Assembly: GCA_964016885.1 (NCBI GenBank) | Contig: OZ024741.1 | Location: 269,328,001-269,392,000 of the forward strand | From: Eledone cirrhosa | Taxonomy: Eukaryota | Direction of reading: 5' to 3' | DNA: 64,000 bases | Shown here: positions 27,524 to 40,498 of the stretch, piece by piece | Layout: every line of letters begins with the position of its first letter | How positions within the stretch are numbered: the first letter of the stretch is position 1 | The notes under the pieces: model-generated | Told to the model about the DNA's origin: nothing | Seen by the model: only the letters and a program-made list of their open reading frames with translations | Databases searched by the model: none | Position numbers and translations under genes: made by a program

Positions 27524-30277
27524 TTATACTTTGGGAGGGTCATGTTGCCAATAAGAAACACACGCACCAGTTGCTTTCACTTCTATTTATTATAAATTAA
27601 ATTTATAAATTTAGGAATTTATAAATTTCCGGTTGGTTGGTTCCACAACCAAATGATTGTTTATATATTGTCAAAGTTATTTCGTCACACATTCTGTGAC
27701 TTCTTCAGTGACTAGGGATTCTTTTCTTTGTTTTTTGTGTCTCTCCTTTGTTCTGTCCTACGCCATCTTGTTTTTGTCTGTGTGTTGTGTGCTTAGTTTG
27801 CGCATGTGTTACATCCGGGTGTCTGTGTGTCTTTATATTTGTTTATTTATTTGTTTATTTACATGTTACTGGTTGGTTGTTTGTTCTATGTGTGTGTGTG
27901 TGTTTTCATTTTGTCCTTAATTGTAAGTTGTGATGTTGCTGTTCCATTCATGTTTTCTATTTAATTTTGGTTGGAGTTCATTTATGTTTATTGCCTCTGT
28001 AATTTGTCTAAACATTGCGTCTTTTCTGTGTGTAGATTCTATTTTTATTTCTATGTTCTCTAATTTACCCTTATGTTCTATTTTAGCATGTTGGTGGAGT
28101 ACATATGATTCTTTACTATCTTGAAGCTCTCGCCAGTGTTCATTTATCCGTTACCCTATACTACGAGCTGTCTCACCTATGTACACTATATTCTTATCTC
28201 TACATTGTCCTTCAGTACATCTTATGCTATATCCTATATTTCTAGTTTTACAGTTAATATGGGGGCTTAATTTACAGATTATACATTTCTCATCTATACA
28301 GGGAGGTCTTTGAAAAGGGTATGTATTGCTAATAAGTGTTTTTATGGAGGTACCTGGTCTTTCTACTATCTTAATATTGAGTTTATGTTTATCTAGGGCC
28401 CTTTTAAATTTGTAAGCTAATTCACCTCTAGGGGTTGTATCGATGAACATTACACTCTGGTATTTATTGTTATCATACCATGAGTTTATTCTATTAGCCT
28501 TATTCCTAGTTCTTTCTATTCTATTCCAAAATTTGCTCCTATACAAGGGGCATGTCCCATTTGTATCATTATTTACCATTTTTTCCCATTTGGTTCTGGC
28601 TCCTCTATATACTCTGATTTTATCTCTCTGCTTGTAACCAGAAAACTGCATACGGTGGATGAAGTGTTGTATGTGTCTCTCTAGTTCTTTGGGGCTGCAC
28701 ATGCGGTCACGTTTCTCATCACCCGTACCAAACCCGCAATCAGTATTTTGATTTTAGTATGGTCCGAAACAGCTGAGTTTCGGTGGATCAGATATTTGGA
28801 AGTCATGGGTTTGGCATAATGGGAATGGAGGATTTGTTTTTTGTTATTAATGGTATCTAACCAGAGCTCTGTGTCTAGTACAGGTAATCGATAGTTGGGT
28901 GTTTGCTTGGGTAGTCTATAGTAACTCTAATACTCTGGTGGATGGAGTTAGCTACTCACTGGATGCTTTCCATGGTGTTTTTCTCTAATTCTTGACTGTT
29001 CTCTAGTGGGGGTGTTTTTACTACGATGTTTATATCATCAACGTAGCGGGAGTACATTATCAGGGTTAAGAGGTTGCTGTCTTCTAACTGTTCTTTAAGT
29101 TTAAGTCTATTGTCCCACCATACCATGAATAGGTTAGCTATGTCACCTGCAATGCTAACACCAATGGCTGCTCCCTCCTCTTGGGTATACGTTTTTCCAT
29201 TAAATTTGAACATATGTTCCTTAAGGGTTAATTTGATACTAGCCCCCACCGCATGTGCAATCATTTTCTTTAGTTCATCGTGGTTTTCGGGGGTCCGCAT
29301 GGCTCTGGTCCACCCCTATCTCTGTGGGTTTTCTTGGCCATTGAGGTAATGGTAGGTGGTCTGCCTCTTGCTGGACTTGTAGGGCACAGGTAGTTAAGGT
29401 CATATGTATCTAGATAATCATTTCTATAGGTAAGTTTAAGTAGGAGTCCCAGCTCACTGGTATCAATCCCACGAAATTCAACATTGCTCTCACTGATCAT
29501 TTCTACGCATTTCTCCACAGTAAAATCCACGTCAATAGATGGTTATAGGGACACAACATCCATACTACCTATTATGCAGTTTGTTAGGTCCCTAGATCGG
29601 TTACTCTCGCCGATTCTGCTGAGGAGGTCCTCCGTGCTGTCACATATATCTGGGGACATTTCAATGATGGGGCGTATGATCATGGAGAGGAAATAGGAAA
29701 GTCTGTAGTTACTAGCAATGTTAGCTCCACAGACTGACCGTGTTGGTGGTCCTGTGACAGAGTCACTACTCGTTTTATGGTCTTTTCGAAGCCCATACAA
29801 CGCTGGCACGTCATTGTTCCAGGCCTGGGAGTTGTTGGCAGTCCTTTTGTTGGGCTGCATTATATTTGTCCATATCATCATATGGGCATTGAGGGTTTTT
29901 TCCCTATCCTCATGCTCTTGTGGTGTTACTTCTCTTGTGTTAGTGATGTGGGGTTGCATTGCCTGGATGTAGTTTGACAGACTGTCAACCGACATTCTGC
30001 CAGACTTGTCTGTTGGAAAGCAAGTAATCTCTCCATTACGCGAGCGCTGCATGAGCTTACGCAAGACATTTGCAGATTTTTCTCCCAGTTGCTGGGCCTC
30101 CATTCTATTTTGCTTCTTGCTATACTGTTCTATAATATTTCTAAGATTAGATCTAGCTATACTAAATTGTGCTTCTGTTTGTTCATCGACCTGCGACGGC
30201 AATTGCGTGCGTTTGTTAGAAGCTAAAGTTACACACGTTTTCAGATAAAGAATCTTGCTAAACAAATTCAGAAACGA
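27524..30277 (-). mobile_element. Family B PLE: long 5'-truncated copy capped by an inverted 47-bp tail
   Basis: PTDKSG, LYGLRKDHK, YVDD, YIGETARS; 30231-30277 matches tail 25222-25268 in plus orientation; (TA)n on both sides. Confidence 0.93.
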
Positions 30278-30301
30278 TATATATATATATATATATATAT
30301 A

Positions 30302-30876
30302 TAGGAAAAAGTATGACCCCGACGGCAGAGCTCATATTTAATATAGAAAATCTTCTACAGGATAAGAACTGTTTCATTCATGAGAAATCATCAGGAAGCT
30401 GACTGTCCAAGTAATATCGTGGTATTTATATATTTTCTGGTGGTAGGAGAGGGTGGTGATTGGGATGAGTGGAGGTCATTGGTTGATGAGTTTAAAGAAA
30501 AGGGAATTCTTTAAAAGCTAATTCTTTAAAAGCTATATTTAGAGTAAATGTATTTACTCTTACACTAAATATATATAAAGCTATGTTTACTCTAAATATA
30601 GCTTTTAAAGAATTCCCTTTAAACCCATCAACCAATGACCAATTCTTTAAACCCATCAACCAATGACCTCCACCCATCCCAATCACCACCCTCTCCTACC
30701 ACCAGAAAAGATATAAATACCACCATATTACTTGGACAGTCCGCTTCCTGATGATTTCTCATGAATGAAACAGTTCTAGCCCTGTAGAAGCTTTTCTATA
30801 TTAAATATCTATACTCTGCTATGTATTGAGTACCTTACTTACTGTGGTTACTCCCGATTGAACCCGGGATAAACTT
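30302..30876. mobile_element. TA-flanked inverted insertion (family C) with an HHR in each arm
   Basis: 30333-30490 is inverted at about 30650-30807; AT-rich palindromic centre; tail 30808-30876. Confidence 0.85.
30743..30791 (+). ncRNA. Type I hammerhead ribozyme
   Basis: GCTTC-CTGATGA-tTTCtcatGAAt-GAAA-CAG-ttctagcc-CTG-TA/GAAGC; mirror copy at about 30351-30398 on minus. Confidence 0.85.
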
Positions 30877-30888
30877 ATATATGTATAT

Positions 30889-30922
<34 letters not shown>

Positions 30923-31539
30923 AGAAATGGCTTCTACTGGAATAGAACTGTTTCATTCAAAAGATGAGTTCTGATTGAACACGTGACTCTCTCTCTCGCT
31001 CTGTCTCTCTCTCTCCATTCTCTCACTTTCTCTCTCTTTCTCTCTCTCTCTCTTTCATACACACACACACACACACACAAACAAACATACATATATATAT
31101 ATTTATATATGTAATTGGAACATGTTTATTAATATATTTTCCGGATAAATGAGCATATTTAAGGCTAAATTAAAAGAGCAGACGTTTGCCGAAAGCTCGC
31201 TTCTTTCATCCTTAATGGGTCACCGTGTGATTAGCGAGCATCAATGTTGAATCTGTGTTTCCTGAACATAAAATCTGGATTACCTTACACCTAGTTCTTA
31301 AAAATTACTTCCATTACTAATTGGCGTCCATTGCCAATTATGGATAAACTCAGCAGTTCCGGAAGTTTCGTTCGCTAAACCCAGACAATATACTCGCAGA
31401 GAGATGAAAGTCATCTCTCTGCGTGAATAAATAGGTTTCCACTCATGAGTATAGCCCCAGAAAATGGGCCTACACTGGGCATGCATCTCAGTATACTTCA
31501 CTAAGTTTATATGTACTCCATTTTATTAATCTTTTTCTT

Positions 31540-31680
31540 AGAGCGCTAGATTAGCAGTAATCGGTAGAGCTTCGAACAATATACTTTGCGGTATACAGTT
31601 ACGGCTTTTTACCTTCTGAGTTCAAATCCCACCGAGGTTAATTTGGGTTTTCATTGTTACTAGGGCGATAAAATATCTAC
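31540..31680 (+). mobile_element. tRNA-derived SINE (diverged)
   Basis: GAGTTCAAATCCCACCGAGGT core. Confidence 0.75.
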
Positions 31681-32207
31681 AGACCCATGCTGGATATTTT
31701 ATATTTCCACTCATGGTAATCCGAGACCCGTAGGGTTCCCTAAATTGCTCAAGAATGGTTGACCTTGTATTGGAATATTTTATTTCATTTTCTTTGACAC
31801 TGTTGGGTTTCATGGACGTTTTCTCTCACTCGATTCTATATACATAACCCCCACCCCACTCCGCCCTAACCCACGGGGTAACCAGGCAGTCTTTAACCGG
31901 TCACTCGACATGTTTAGAAATATTTAAAATACAAAACCTCAATTTCGTTACCTTAATCAAGGAAGGATACACTCTATCTGCAAGACTAACAAGCTGCTGT
32001 CGGCTGCAATGTTATTGATTACAAGGTTTCTCGATGAACGCTGATACCAATAACAGCAGTAACAATGTTTTATATCGTCACAAGACTATAAAAGTGTAGA
32101 GATATGTAACCGATTCAATAGACTCCCAGATGTAAAGTAATTTTTCTATCGACCACAGAAGAATAAATTATAAAATTTGGCACAAGTAGGATTTTGACAT
32201 AAATAAA

Positions 32208-32290
32208 TCTTCTTCTTCTTCTTCTTCTTCTTCTTCTTCTTCTTCTTCTTCTTCTTCTTCTTCTTCTTCTTCTTCTTCTTCTTCTTCTTC
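32208..32290. repeat. (CTT)n microsatellite
   Basis: Direct reading. Confidence 0.98.
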
Positions 32291-32506
32291 TATCTGTCAC
32301 TTTATAAAACTAAGAAATATATTACACACAATAAGCTGTTTGAGAACGCAGATATGAATTTAGTTGATCTGGGTGGTTAACGTCAGAACTTCGCTGGGAT
32401 ATGCTGGTCACAATGTCTTATGATTTAAAGAAAAGCACAAGATAAGTTCAAGAAAAGTATACTTCATTGATTTTATATGTACTCTATTTTATTATTCTCG
32501 TTCTTA

Positions 32507-32930
32507 GAGCGGTGGATTGGTAGTAATCGGTAGAGCGTCGGACTACATACTTTGCGCTAAATAGTTAAGGCCTTTTACGTTCTGAGTTCAAATCCCGCTG
32601 AAGTTAGTTTTGACTTTCATTGTGAAAGTACGCAGCTTAGTGATTAGAGAATTCGGTTTTCAATCGTGAGGTTGCGTGTTCGATTCCCAGACCAAGTGAG
32701 GCGTTATGTCCTTGAACAAAACACTTTATTTCACGTTGCTCTTTCTGCCAAGAGTTGTAACCGATAGATAGTATCAGCAATGGAAAGACCAATGGAAACA
32801 TTGTTTCCTTGGTCCGATTTGACGAGTTCCACCCAACGATAAAATAAAGTACCAGTAACGCTCTGGGGTCAATTTAATCAACTTTTCTCTTTCCTCTAAA
32901 TTGCTGGCCTTGTGCCAAAAATAGAAATAA
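32507..32930 (+). mobile_element. SINE interrupted by a second tRNA-derived SINE
   Basis: First head 32507-32622; second head with GTTCGATTCCC at about 32680; first family's 3' part GATAAAATAAAGTACCAG resumes at about 32838. Confidence 0.65.
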
Positions 32931-32984
32931 TTAATTTCTTTCTTGCTTTCTCTCACTTTTTTCTCCTCATATCTTCCTACTATT

Positions 32985-33221
32985 CTCTCTCTCTCCCTCC
33001 CCTCTCTCCACCCTGTCCCTCCCCTCTCTCGACCCTCTCCCTCTCTCTTCCTGCGTTTCTCTATCTCTTTCTTTCCCCTTCTCTATCTCCATAATTCTCT
33101 CTATTTCCTATACTCCCCTCCCCCTCTCTCTCGCTTTCGTTCCCTCCCAGCTGCTATCATGTTTTCTCTCTACCCCTCTCCCTGCTTCTCTATGTTAATA
33201 TCACTCTCTCCTTCTCTCTGG

Positions 33222-33292
<71 letters not shown>

Positions 33293-33396
33293 CTCTCTAA
33301 CTCCCTCCCATTCTTTCTCTCTAACTCCCCCCTCTCTCTGTTTTTCTCTCTCTAACTCACTCCTCTCTCTCTCTACCCCCTCTCTAACTCTCTCCT
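32985..33396. repeat. (CT)n-rich tract
   Basis: Direct reading. Confidence 0.95.
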
Positions 33397-33791
33397 CAAT
33401 ATGATGTAAAAGGATTTAATTAAATTTGCTGACATCTCTACTAATTAGAAATGAGAAAATTATCAAACAATTGACAGAATCAGTTGTTGTTGTTGGTGGT
33501 GGTGGTGTGTATGGGGGTAGTAGTGGTGGTATTGGTAGTGGTGGAGGTATTCTGAATAAGGCGCTAAAGGTGTGAAGGAAACATCATCAGCTCTTAAAGA
33601 ATATATATATATATATATATATAGTATTAAGGATACTATTTATGGTTATGTATACACTAAAACCTTTTATAGTTATATATATATTAAACCCTAAATAGTG
33701 AAAGACAGTAATTTATTACTATCTTATTACCAGTAAGATAAATAGCTCAATGTAATAACATCAGTTGTTTTACAGAGCAGTTATATATAAG

Positions 33792-34170
33792 TTATATGAA
33801 TCAAAGTTCTGTTTAAACCATTTATTCGCTTACAATTGGTTCTTCCAAACCGAGGTTTGGAGTCTTCGGAGCAATTTTTCAGTGATTTTTTAACATACTT
33901 GACCTCCTTTTCAACACAAGAGACATACAGAAACATATCTATATATATTGACTTTAATCTTTGAATGTAAATTGCCATGCTAAAATATTATAATGGATGT
34001 CAACCCACTGTGCATCAATATATACATATGTTTCTGTATGTCTCTTGTGTTGAAAAGGAGGTCATGTATGTAAACAATCATTGAAAAATTGCTCCGAAGA
34101 CTCCAAACCTCGGTTTGGAAGAAACAATTGTAAGCGAATAAATGATTTAAACAGAACTTTGATTCATGTA

Positions 34171-34172
<2 letters not shown>
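33792..34172. mobile_element. TA-flanked inverted insertion with variant HHR
   Basis: Arms about 33792-33945 and 34020-34171; HHR 34089-34137: TTGCT-CCGAAGA-TCCAAAC/GTTTGGA-GAAA-CAATTG-TA/AGCGA. Confidence 0.82.
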
Positions 34173-34210
<38 letters not shown>

Positions 34211-34212
<2 letters not shown>

Positions 34213-34695
34213 CGGAGGAGTTGTGGTAAGGAACCAGATGGACCATAACGCACCAGAGTACTCAACACTTATGGTAGTAGAGTGGGTAATAGGAGAAAGT
34301 ATGACCCCAGGATCCGAATCTCTCCTTGGTGTCGAAGTCCTGGTTGTCACGGTATCTATCATAGAAAAAAGTTCTCCATCTTAGTCTTTTCGCAAAAAGG
34401 TCGGTTTTTTGCGTGAGCATCCGAAGGTAAAGTTTTCTTGGTGGAATTGGGATGTTCTTGGTGGAGAAGTCGATATTGTGTTTTCGCATGGTGCGGGTAA
34501 AGAAACTTGAGCTGGATGGAAAAGTCAGGATATGGCGTGGTAGGATCGTAAAGTGCTCTACAACTGGGGTAGGAGCTAGATAACGGAGGAGTTGTGGTAA
34601 GGAATCAGATGAACCATAACGCACCAGAGTACTCAATACTCAGGGTAGTAGAGTGGGTAATAGGAGAAAGTATGACCCCGGGGTCATACTTTCTC
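34211..34695 (-). mobile_element. PLE 5'-end tandem insertion (family D) including the ORF N-terminus
   Basis: Direct repeat 34212-34308/34582-34679; MRKHNIDFSTKNIPIPPRKLYLRMLTQKTDLFAKRLRWRTFFY resembles PLE N-termini; 16-bp fold-back at 34680-34695. Confidence 0.8.
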
Positions 34696-34949
34696 ATATA
34701 TATATATATATATATAGTAATAATAATAAATTTGAAGACTTACTTACTTACTTATTTTGATAGCGAACGTTTCCACGAACCAAAGTATCGTCTTCCTGTC
34801 TTCCTCCGGTTGCAACGTTTTTTGAAATATCCACTTCTGCGTTTACAGATTGACTTTGTTAGTTTCAGAAGATCCCGTTAAGGGTGAAAGCAGCGATTCT
34901 TTGCTTAAACTTTAATCTGTTATTTTAATAAATATATATATATATATAT

Positions 34950-35377
34950 ATAGTTATATAGTAAGGTGTATTATTGGTTGTCATACGGTCCAATAAACTT
35001 TTGTTAGCAATATTAAGTTCTCCACGCTTTTGTATATCTCCAGTTCCATTTATGGGAACAGGTAGATGATGTAAGGGGGCGTATTTGTATCAAAATAAAG
35101 ATCCGAAGGCATGGTATAAATTTCCAATCATTTTAATCACGACACATGTTTCACCTGATGAGATCAGTGATAATCGATCATGACCACACGATCGATCTAT
35201 CTCTTATTGAAACATGTGTCGTGATTAAAATGATTGGAAATTTATACCATGCATTCGGATCTTTATTTTGATACAAATACTCCGCCTTACATCATCTAGC
35301 TGTTGCCATAAATGGAACTGGAGATATACAAAAGCGTGGAGAACTTAATATTGGTAACAAAAGTTTATTGGACCGTT
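34950..35377. mobile_element. TA-flanked inverted insertion with HHR
   Basis: Arms 34985-35153 and 35208-35376; HHR 35151-35224: TCAC-CTGATGA...GAAA-CATGTG-TC/GTGA. Confidence 0.85.
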
Positions 35378-35392
35378 ATATATATATATATA

Positions 35393-35835
35393 TCGAATGT
35401 AGAAGAAAGGTAACACACGAGTTGATATATATAAAAACAAATAGTAGAAAGGAAAAAGATTTTTTCAGTAGAAAATGTTGAAGAGAGTCTTTTATAGTGA
35501 AAATAATGATAATAACAAAAAAAATATAGAGAGGGGAAGAAAAGTTAGTTTTCACATACGTGTTCCTTCAGAGAAGAAAGTCACTTTGTTTGTCCATCCT
35601 TCTCTGCTAATGGCTTGGTTGAAAATTAACTTTTCTTCCCCTCTCTCTATTTTTTTTATTATTATCATTATTTTCACTATTTGTACTAATATCCAACCTA
35701 ACAATATTCTGCATATCCGCAATTGACAATGCATTTAATGCTGAAACCGGTATTGTAAATAAATGCTTTGAAATTTCACTAAAAGTATCTCTTCAACATT
35801 TTCTACTGAAAAAATCTTTTCCTTTCTACTATTCG

Positions 35836-35836
<1 letters not shown>
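35393..35836. mobile_element. TA-flanked nested inverted insertion with decayed HHR
   Basis: Outer IR 35440-35493/35781-35833; inner IR about 35519-35554/35620-35657; GCAA-TTGACAA-GCATT/AATGC-GAAA-CCGG-TA/TTGT at 35719-35756. Confidence 0.72.
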
Positions 35837-35888
<52 letters not shown>

Positions 35889-35991
35889 CGGGCAACTGCT
35901 ATTATGCATAGCAAAAGTCGGGTTTAAATATAACTTCATAAGAGCGGAAGAACAGTCAGAGAAGAAGAAAAGCGGGAATGAGAACGATGGG

Positions 35992-36029
<38 letters not shown>

Positions 36030-37324
36030 GGTGGGTGTGGGTGTGGGTGTATGGTCCCGTAACTCCTGAGGGAGTTGTAAGGGAGCTGTATTGACATACG
36101 GCGTTTCTGGAGCCTTTTTCTTTTAAACCTGGCTGAGCCCATCCCTCTCCAGGCCCGAGTCACTCTCTATCTTCCACAGGAAGCGAAACGAATACTACAA
36201 AGTATTCTATCCGAGGTTCTAACGACTCTGCCAATTCACCGCTTATTACAACGGCAATTGAAACCGAGACCTCATGATTACGAAGTGAACTTCTTAACAG
36301 AGCTAAATCTACAGCTAAAAACACCACACTAATTTCCCTCTAAATTCTATATTTAATTCATTTTATCTAACTTAAATTCCAAGGCTGTCTGTCTGCCATT
36401 CCTTTTCTTGACGAGTATTAGTCATTCTTCTCACTATAAATGGCGTAATTTTAATTTTGGTCGCTCATTACATGGAGTATGTTCAGACCTGTCAACTCTC
36501 CTCGTCTGACGGGGAGGTCTCCCACCCACTTTGGGGCGAGTGAGAGATGTCTTCTCTTGTGAAAATGGGTATAGCTTTCATTATGTAAAATCTCCCCATT
36601 TTGCCTCATTTCTCCCCGTTTCGGGGGCACTTTTTTTCATGGTACTCCCCGTTTGGGTTTTTAGAGAGTGGCAGGTCTGGTATGTTTGTACTGACTTTGG
36701 TATTTCATTTTCATGCAGCACGCATCCCAGAGTATTTTCTCCAGTCAGATTCCGGTTCGTTCAGAGAATTATCTGTGAAAAATAATCAGTTAGCCCCCTC
36801 CTCCAAAAAAAAAAACACACAACATCCAATAGAACCCAATCCAATCAACGGTACTTGTAATTCTAAATGGCAGACTTATTTCACTTGATGTCTTGCTGAC
36901 CTGGGAATTAAAATTAATTTAAGGTTACAAATGTCTGTAGAATACTTAACCACTCTTACTCTGTAATTCTATGAATATATAGTTCAGTTCTGAAAAATTG
37001 GAATTGCTGACCGTCGGAACATCACAACATATTATAGAATTCTATTTGAGTTTGAAAACATTCTTTGTTTTGCTTTGAAGATTTATTTAGAATTGAATTG
37101 ACAATAGTCTATTTTTTTTTTATTTTTTTTTTTTATTACCCTCTTTCGTAAACTTTGGCAACGTTAAGGAGGTTTCACTCCTTAGAAATGTAGAAGTGCC
37201 GTCCTGACAAACGGTGTATCTTGAACATTTTAAAGTCTAGCGAAGCTAATCCTTCTCATTCTGGAATTTAGCCGATCTTTCCTCCAGAGAAGAAGACAGA
37301 GGAAGAATCAACCTCAGTAGTAGA

Positions 37325-37460
37325 CTGGTACTTCACTTATTAACCCCGAAAGGATGACAGAGTTAACCTCAGCAGGATTTAACTCAGAACGCAGTGAGGC
37401 GAAGCAAACACCGAAATATTTTTAATCCGATGCCCTAACGATTCTGCCAATTCGCCGCCT
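37325..37460 (-). mobile_element. tRNA-derived SINE
   Basis: Reverse complement of the family head and core; a further head fragment at about 36178-36245. Confidence 0.78.
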
Positions 37461-37519
37461 TTTGTGTCAACTCAAATACCAACCAGGTAACAAACATACA
37501 ATAGATTAATAATATTACT

Positions 37520-37800
37520 TTAGTGAAATTTTTATTAAAAATACAAGAAAGAAATTTACAATTCTACGTTTGCGTTTAAAAGAAAAAGAAAACTAAAAAC
37601 GAAAAGAAGAGGAGAAAAAAAGAATCAGGGAAAGTAAAATGGAAGGGGGAGGGTGTAACAAACCCTATACTGCCGACTCAGCAAATCCCTACGGACAAAA
37701 TGGCGAAAGCATTGCCACGGAGAACAGCCAGCGACAATCACGGCATCAGCCACTTCAACTTCCTGGATTTCTTCCTCGGGTGGGATGTACTGCTTCCGAT
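37520..37800 (-). mobile_element. CRE/RLE-type non-LTR retrotransposon 3' fragment
   Basis: Minus strand reads LSLAVLRGNAFAILS, the RGNA motif that ends restriction-like endonuclease domains, then a T-rich 3' UTR with AATAAA. Confidence 0.6.
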
Positions 37801-38235
37801 TTTACGGAGGAAAACTGCAATTCAAGGAGCGAGGACACCCGAGGTCTCGTAAAAAGAAAAATCTGTAATGCTGAATCGACTCACCGAGAGATAATTTACA
37901 GCTGTATGCCTTTTTAGAGTTACATAGATAAACATTAACTTTGCTTGGTTTATCCACAAAGGACTCATGTTTATAAGGCAAGTGTAATGTAATGGAATGT
38001 TTCTTCAGGCAATTCTGAAAATACATCAGTTAGAGAAGCTGATTGGCTTCAACTTAGAATTAAAACCATTGCACAGCTTCAGCTGGATAATTTTACATCG
38101 TTAATAAATTACGACGATGTGTCTTGATAGAACTGAGTTTAAATTCTATAAGCTGAATAAGCTTTTATTTCATTTTGTTCTTTGTTTAACAGGTTTGAAA
38201 GGTTAATGGTAGAAATCATCCTCTCTAATATGTCG

Positions 38236-38540
38236 TCCACCTCTTGGTCACGGCCGAGGGGATGAGGAAAGCATTGCCCCGGAGGATGGTGAGAGAGACG
38301 CGCTGGAACAGCAACTCCACTTCTTGGTCCCGGCTGACAGGATGGAGAAGGCATTGTCTTGAGGACGGCGACGGGGATTGTACTGGGACAGCCACTCCTT
38401 CTCGCAGGGCTCGCCACTTCTTGGTCCCGGCTGACAGGATGGAGAAGACATTGTCCCGGAGGACGGCGGCAGGGATTGCACTGGGGCACTCACTCTTCAT
38501 CGCAGGGCTCGCACCTACGGGCAGCCAGCGCTGCTCCAAT
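38236..38540 (-). repeat. Three tandem copies (80-98 bp) of the CRE-like C-terminal coding segment
   Basis: [17 protein letters not shown] / [18 protein letters not shown] / [16 protein letters not shown]. Confidence 0.65.
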
Positions 38541-38766
38541 AGCAGTGAGATAGCAGGGATGTGGTCCTGTGAGATAAGTAAATGTTACTCTGAGACCAGT
38601 AAATGTTATACACAGATAAGTAAATATAAATACATTGATTATTTTCTTTGGTTTATTGACAATATCAAGTTTTTCTTTTCTTTTGTTTTTGTAAAATCAC
38701 CGAAAAAAGCCTTCAACTACTTAATTTTTATTAATCAATCGAGTATTTCTTTCTCGCTCTCTCCCT

Positions 38767-38809
<43 letters not shown>

Positions 38810-38848
38810 CTCTCTCATTCCTCTCATCCCTTCCCCTCTCTCTCTCTA

Positions 38849-38945
<97 letters not shown>

Positions 38946-39417
38946 GTACATATATACATACGTACATACATACATACGTACATGCATACATACATACATG
39001 CGTACATACGTACGTACATACATATATACATACATACGTACATACATACATACATATATCCGAGATGATGTTAAATATAGATAAACATGTGTGTACATGT
39101 GTGTACATGTGTGTACATATATGTGCGTGTGTGTGTGTTTATATAAGAATAGTAACAGTAAATTATATATCGTACATAACAGATGTTGTTAGTGATAATA
39201 TTCAACTACATATCTATACTATAGGGTAGGTAGCGGTGGTGGTGGTGGGGTGGGGGTATATTGTAATCTGTTTGAAATTCACTAATTGAAATTTTCACAT
39301 GAGACTATCTTATAACCGACAGACAAATGTTCATATCTTGAACAATAATTAACTAATTATCAGACAAGAGGGCACAGATAAACGTTTATTTCTAGTGCAT
39401 TTCGTTTATATATATTA

Positions 39418-39790
39418 CTAGACTACCCGTGTAGTCTAGTTGTTACCTAAGCGGGATCTCTTCTTGTCTGTCTTTAACTTGTCTACACTAAGGCTTTTCA
39501 GAAATGAAACACAACGGTAAGCACGCTAGCGATTTGATTGGTTATTGCGGAGCTGTTAGCTATTTATGAAGGTACCCGGAAAAAACCCCGTATCTCGGGA
39601 GCCCGTGCTCCGATTTACGTGAAACTTGTTGTATTCTATTTGTACTCCCAGTTCAGGGACAGCTTCCTTTCAAAGTATTTTCCCATTATGCACCATTTAG
39701 GCTGTATTAAATTACAAACAAGCACACAATCACAGAGTTTTAGCAGCATACTAGACCACCCGTGACCCGTTGGGTCACGTTAACTTCAAA
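39418..39790 (-). mobile_element. Helitron-like remnants (two related 3' termini)
   Basis: CTAGACTACCCGTG at 39418 and CTAGACCACC-CGTGACCC-GTT-GGGTCACG at 39751-39779. Confidence 0.5.
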
Positions 39791-39931
39791 ATATTTTTTA
39801 AAATCATGTTCACTTAAAAATAATTTTTGAATAATTAAAATATACACAGACATGTATATAATGTGAAATGAAACAGGAAGGCCCCTATATATACGTGTGT
39901 GTATGTATATATATATATAAATGTGTGTGTG

Positions 39932-39962
<31 letters not shown>

Positions 39963-40454
39963 GTGTATATATATGTGTCCGTGATCTATATACACAGGTC
40001 ATAGACACACACACACACACACATATATATACACACACACTCACATATATACACACAAGAACACCACTAGCTCTCTGTCTCTCTCCCTTCCATTCTCCTT
40101 CTCTGTCTCCTCTTCCTCTCTCTATGTCTCTATTTAAATCTACCCTCCCACAACCACTATCTCTTTCTCTCTATCTTTCTCTCTCTTTGACTTTATTATA
40201 CAGAAATTACGTAATATGACAGCTGCAGTTTGATGTCAACTGTCTTCCACCTTTATGTCGCTAGTAGCGTCCGGTTAGGTTTGCTGAATTTGGAAGGATG
40301 GGTGGTCTGCCCTTGATTTATCGAATTTGGGGGATGAGTACCGTTTGGTCTGGTAGTAATCATGGCTACAATTTGGCGTTCAATTTAGGGTGTTTGTTGA
40401 GGGTTAGTCGACTGAATGGAGTAATAACAGTCTTATTTACGTATATATATTCAT

Positions 40455-40497
<43 letters not shown>

Positions 40498-40498
40498 C

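Noticed and set aside
28151-28153. Stop-codon recoding (selenocysteine) in the PLE ORF
   Set aside because: The stop is TAA where the other copy has GAA; ordinary decay.
30231-30265. [12 protein letters not shown] as the PLE N-terminus
   Set aside because: It is the inverted 3' tail fused to a 5'-truncated ORF.
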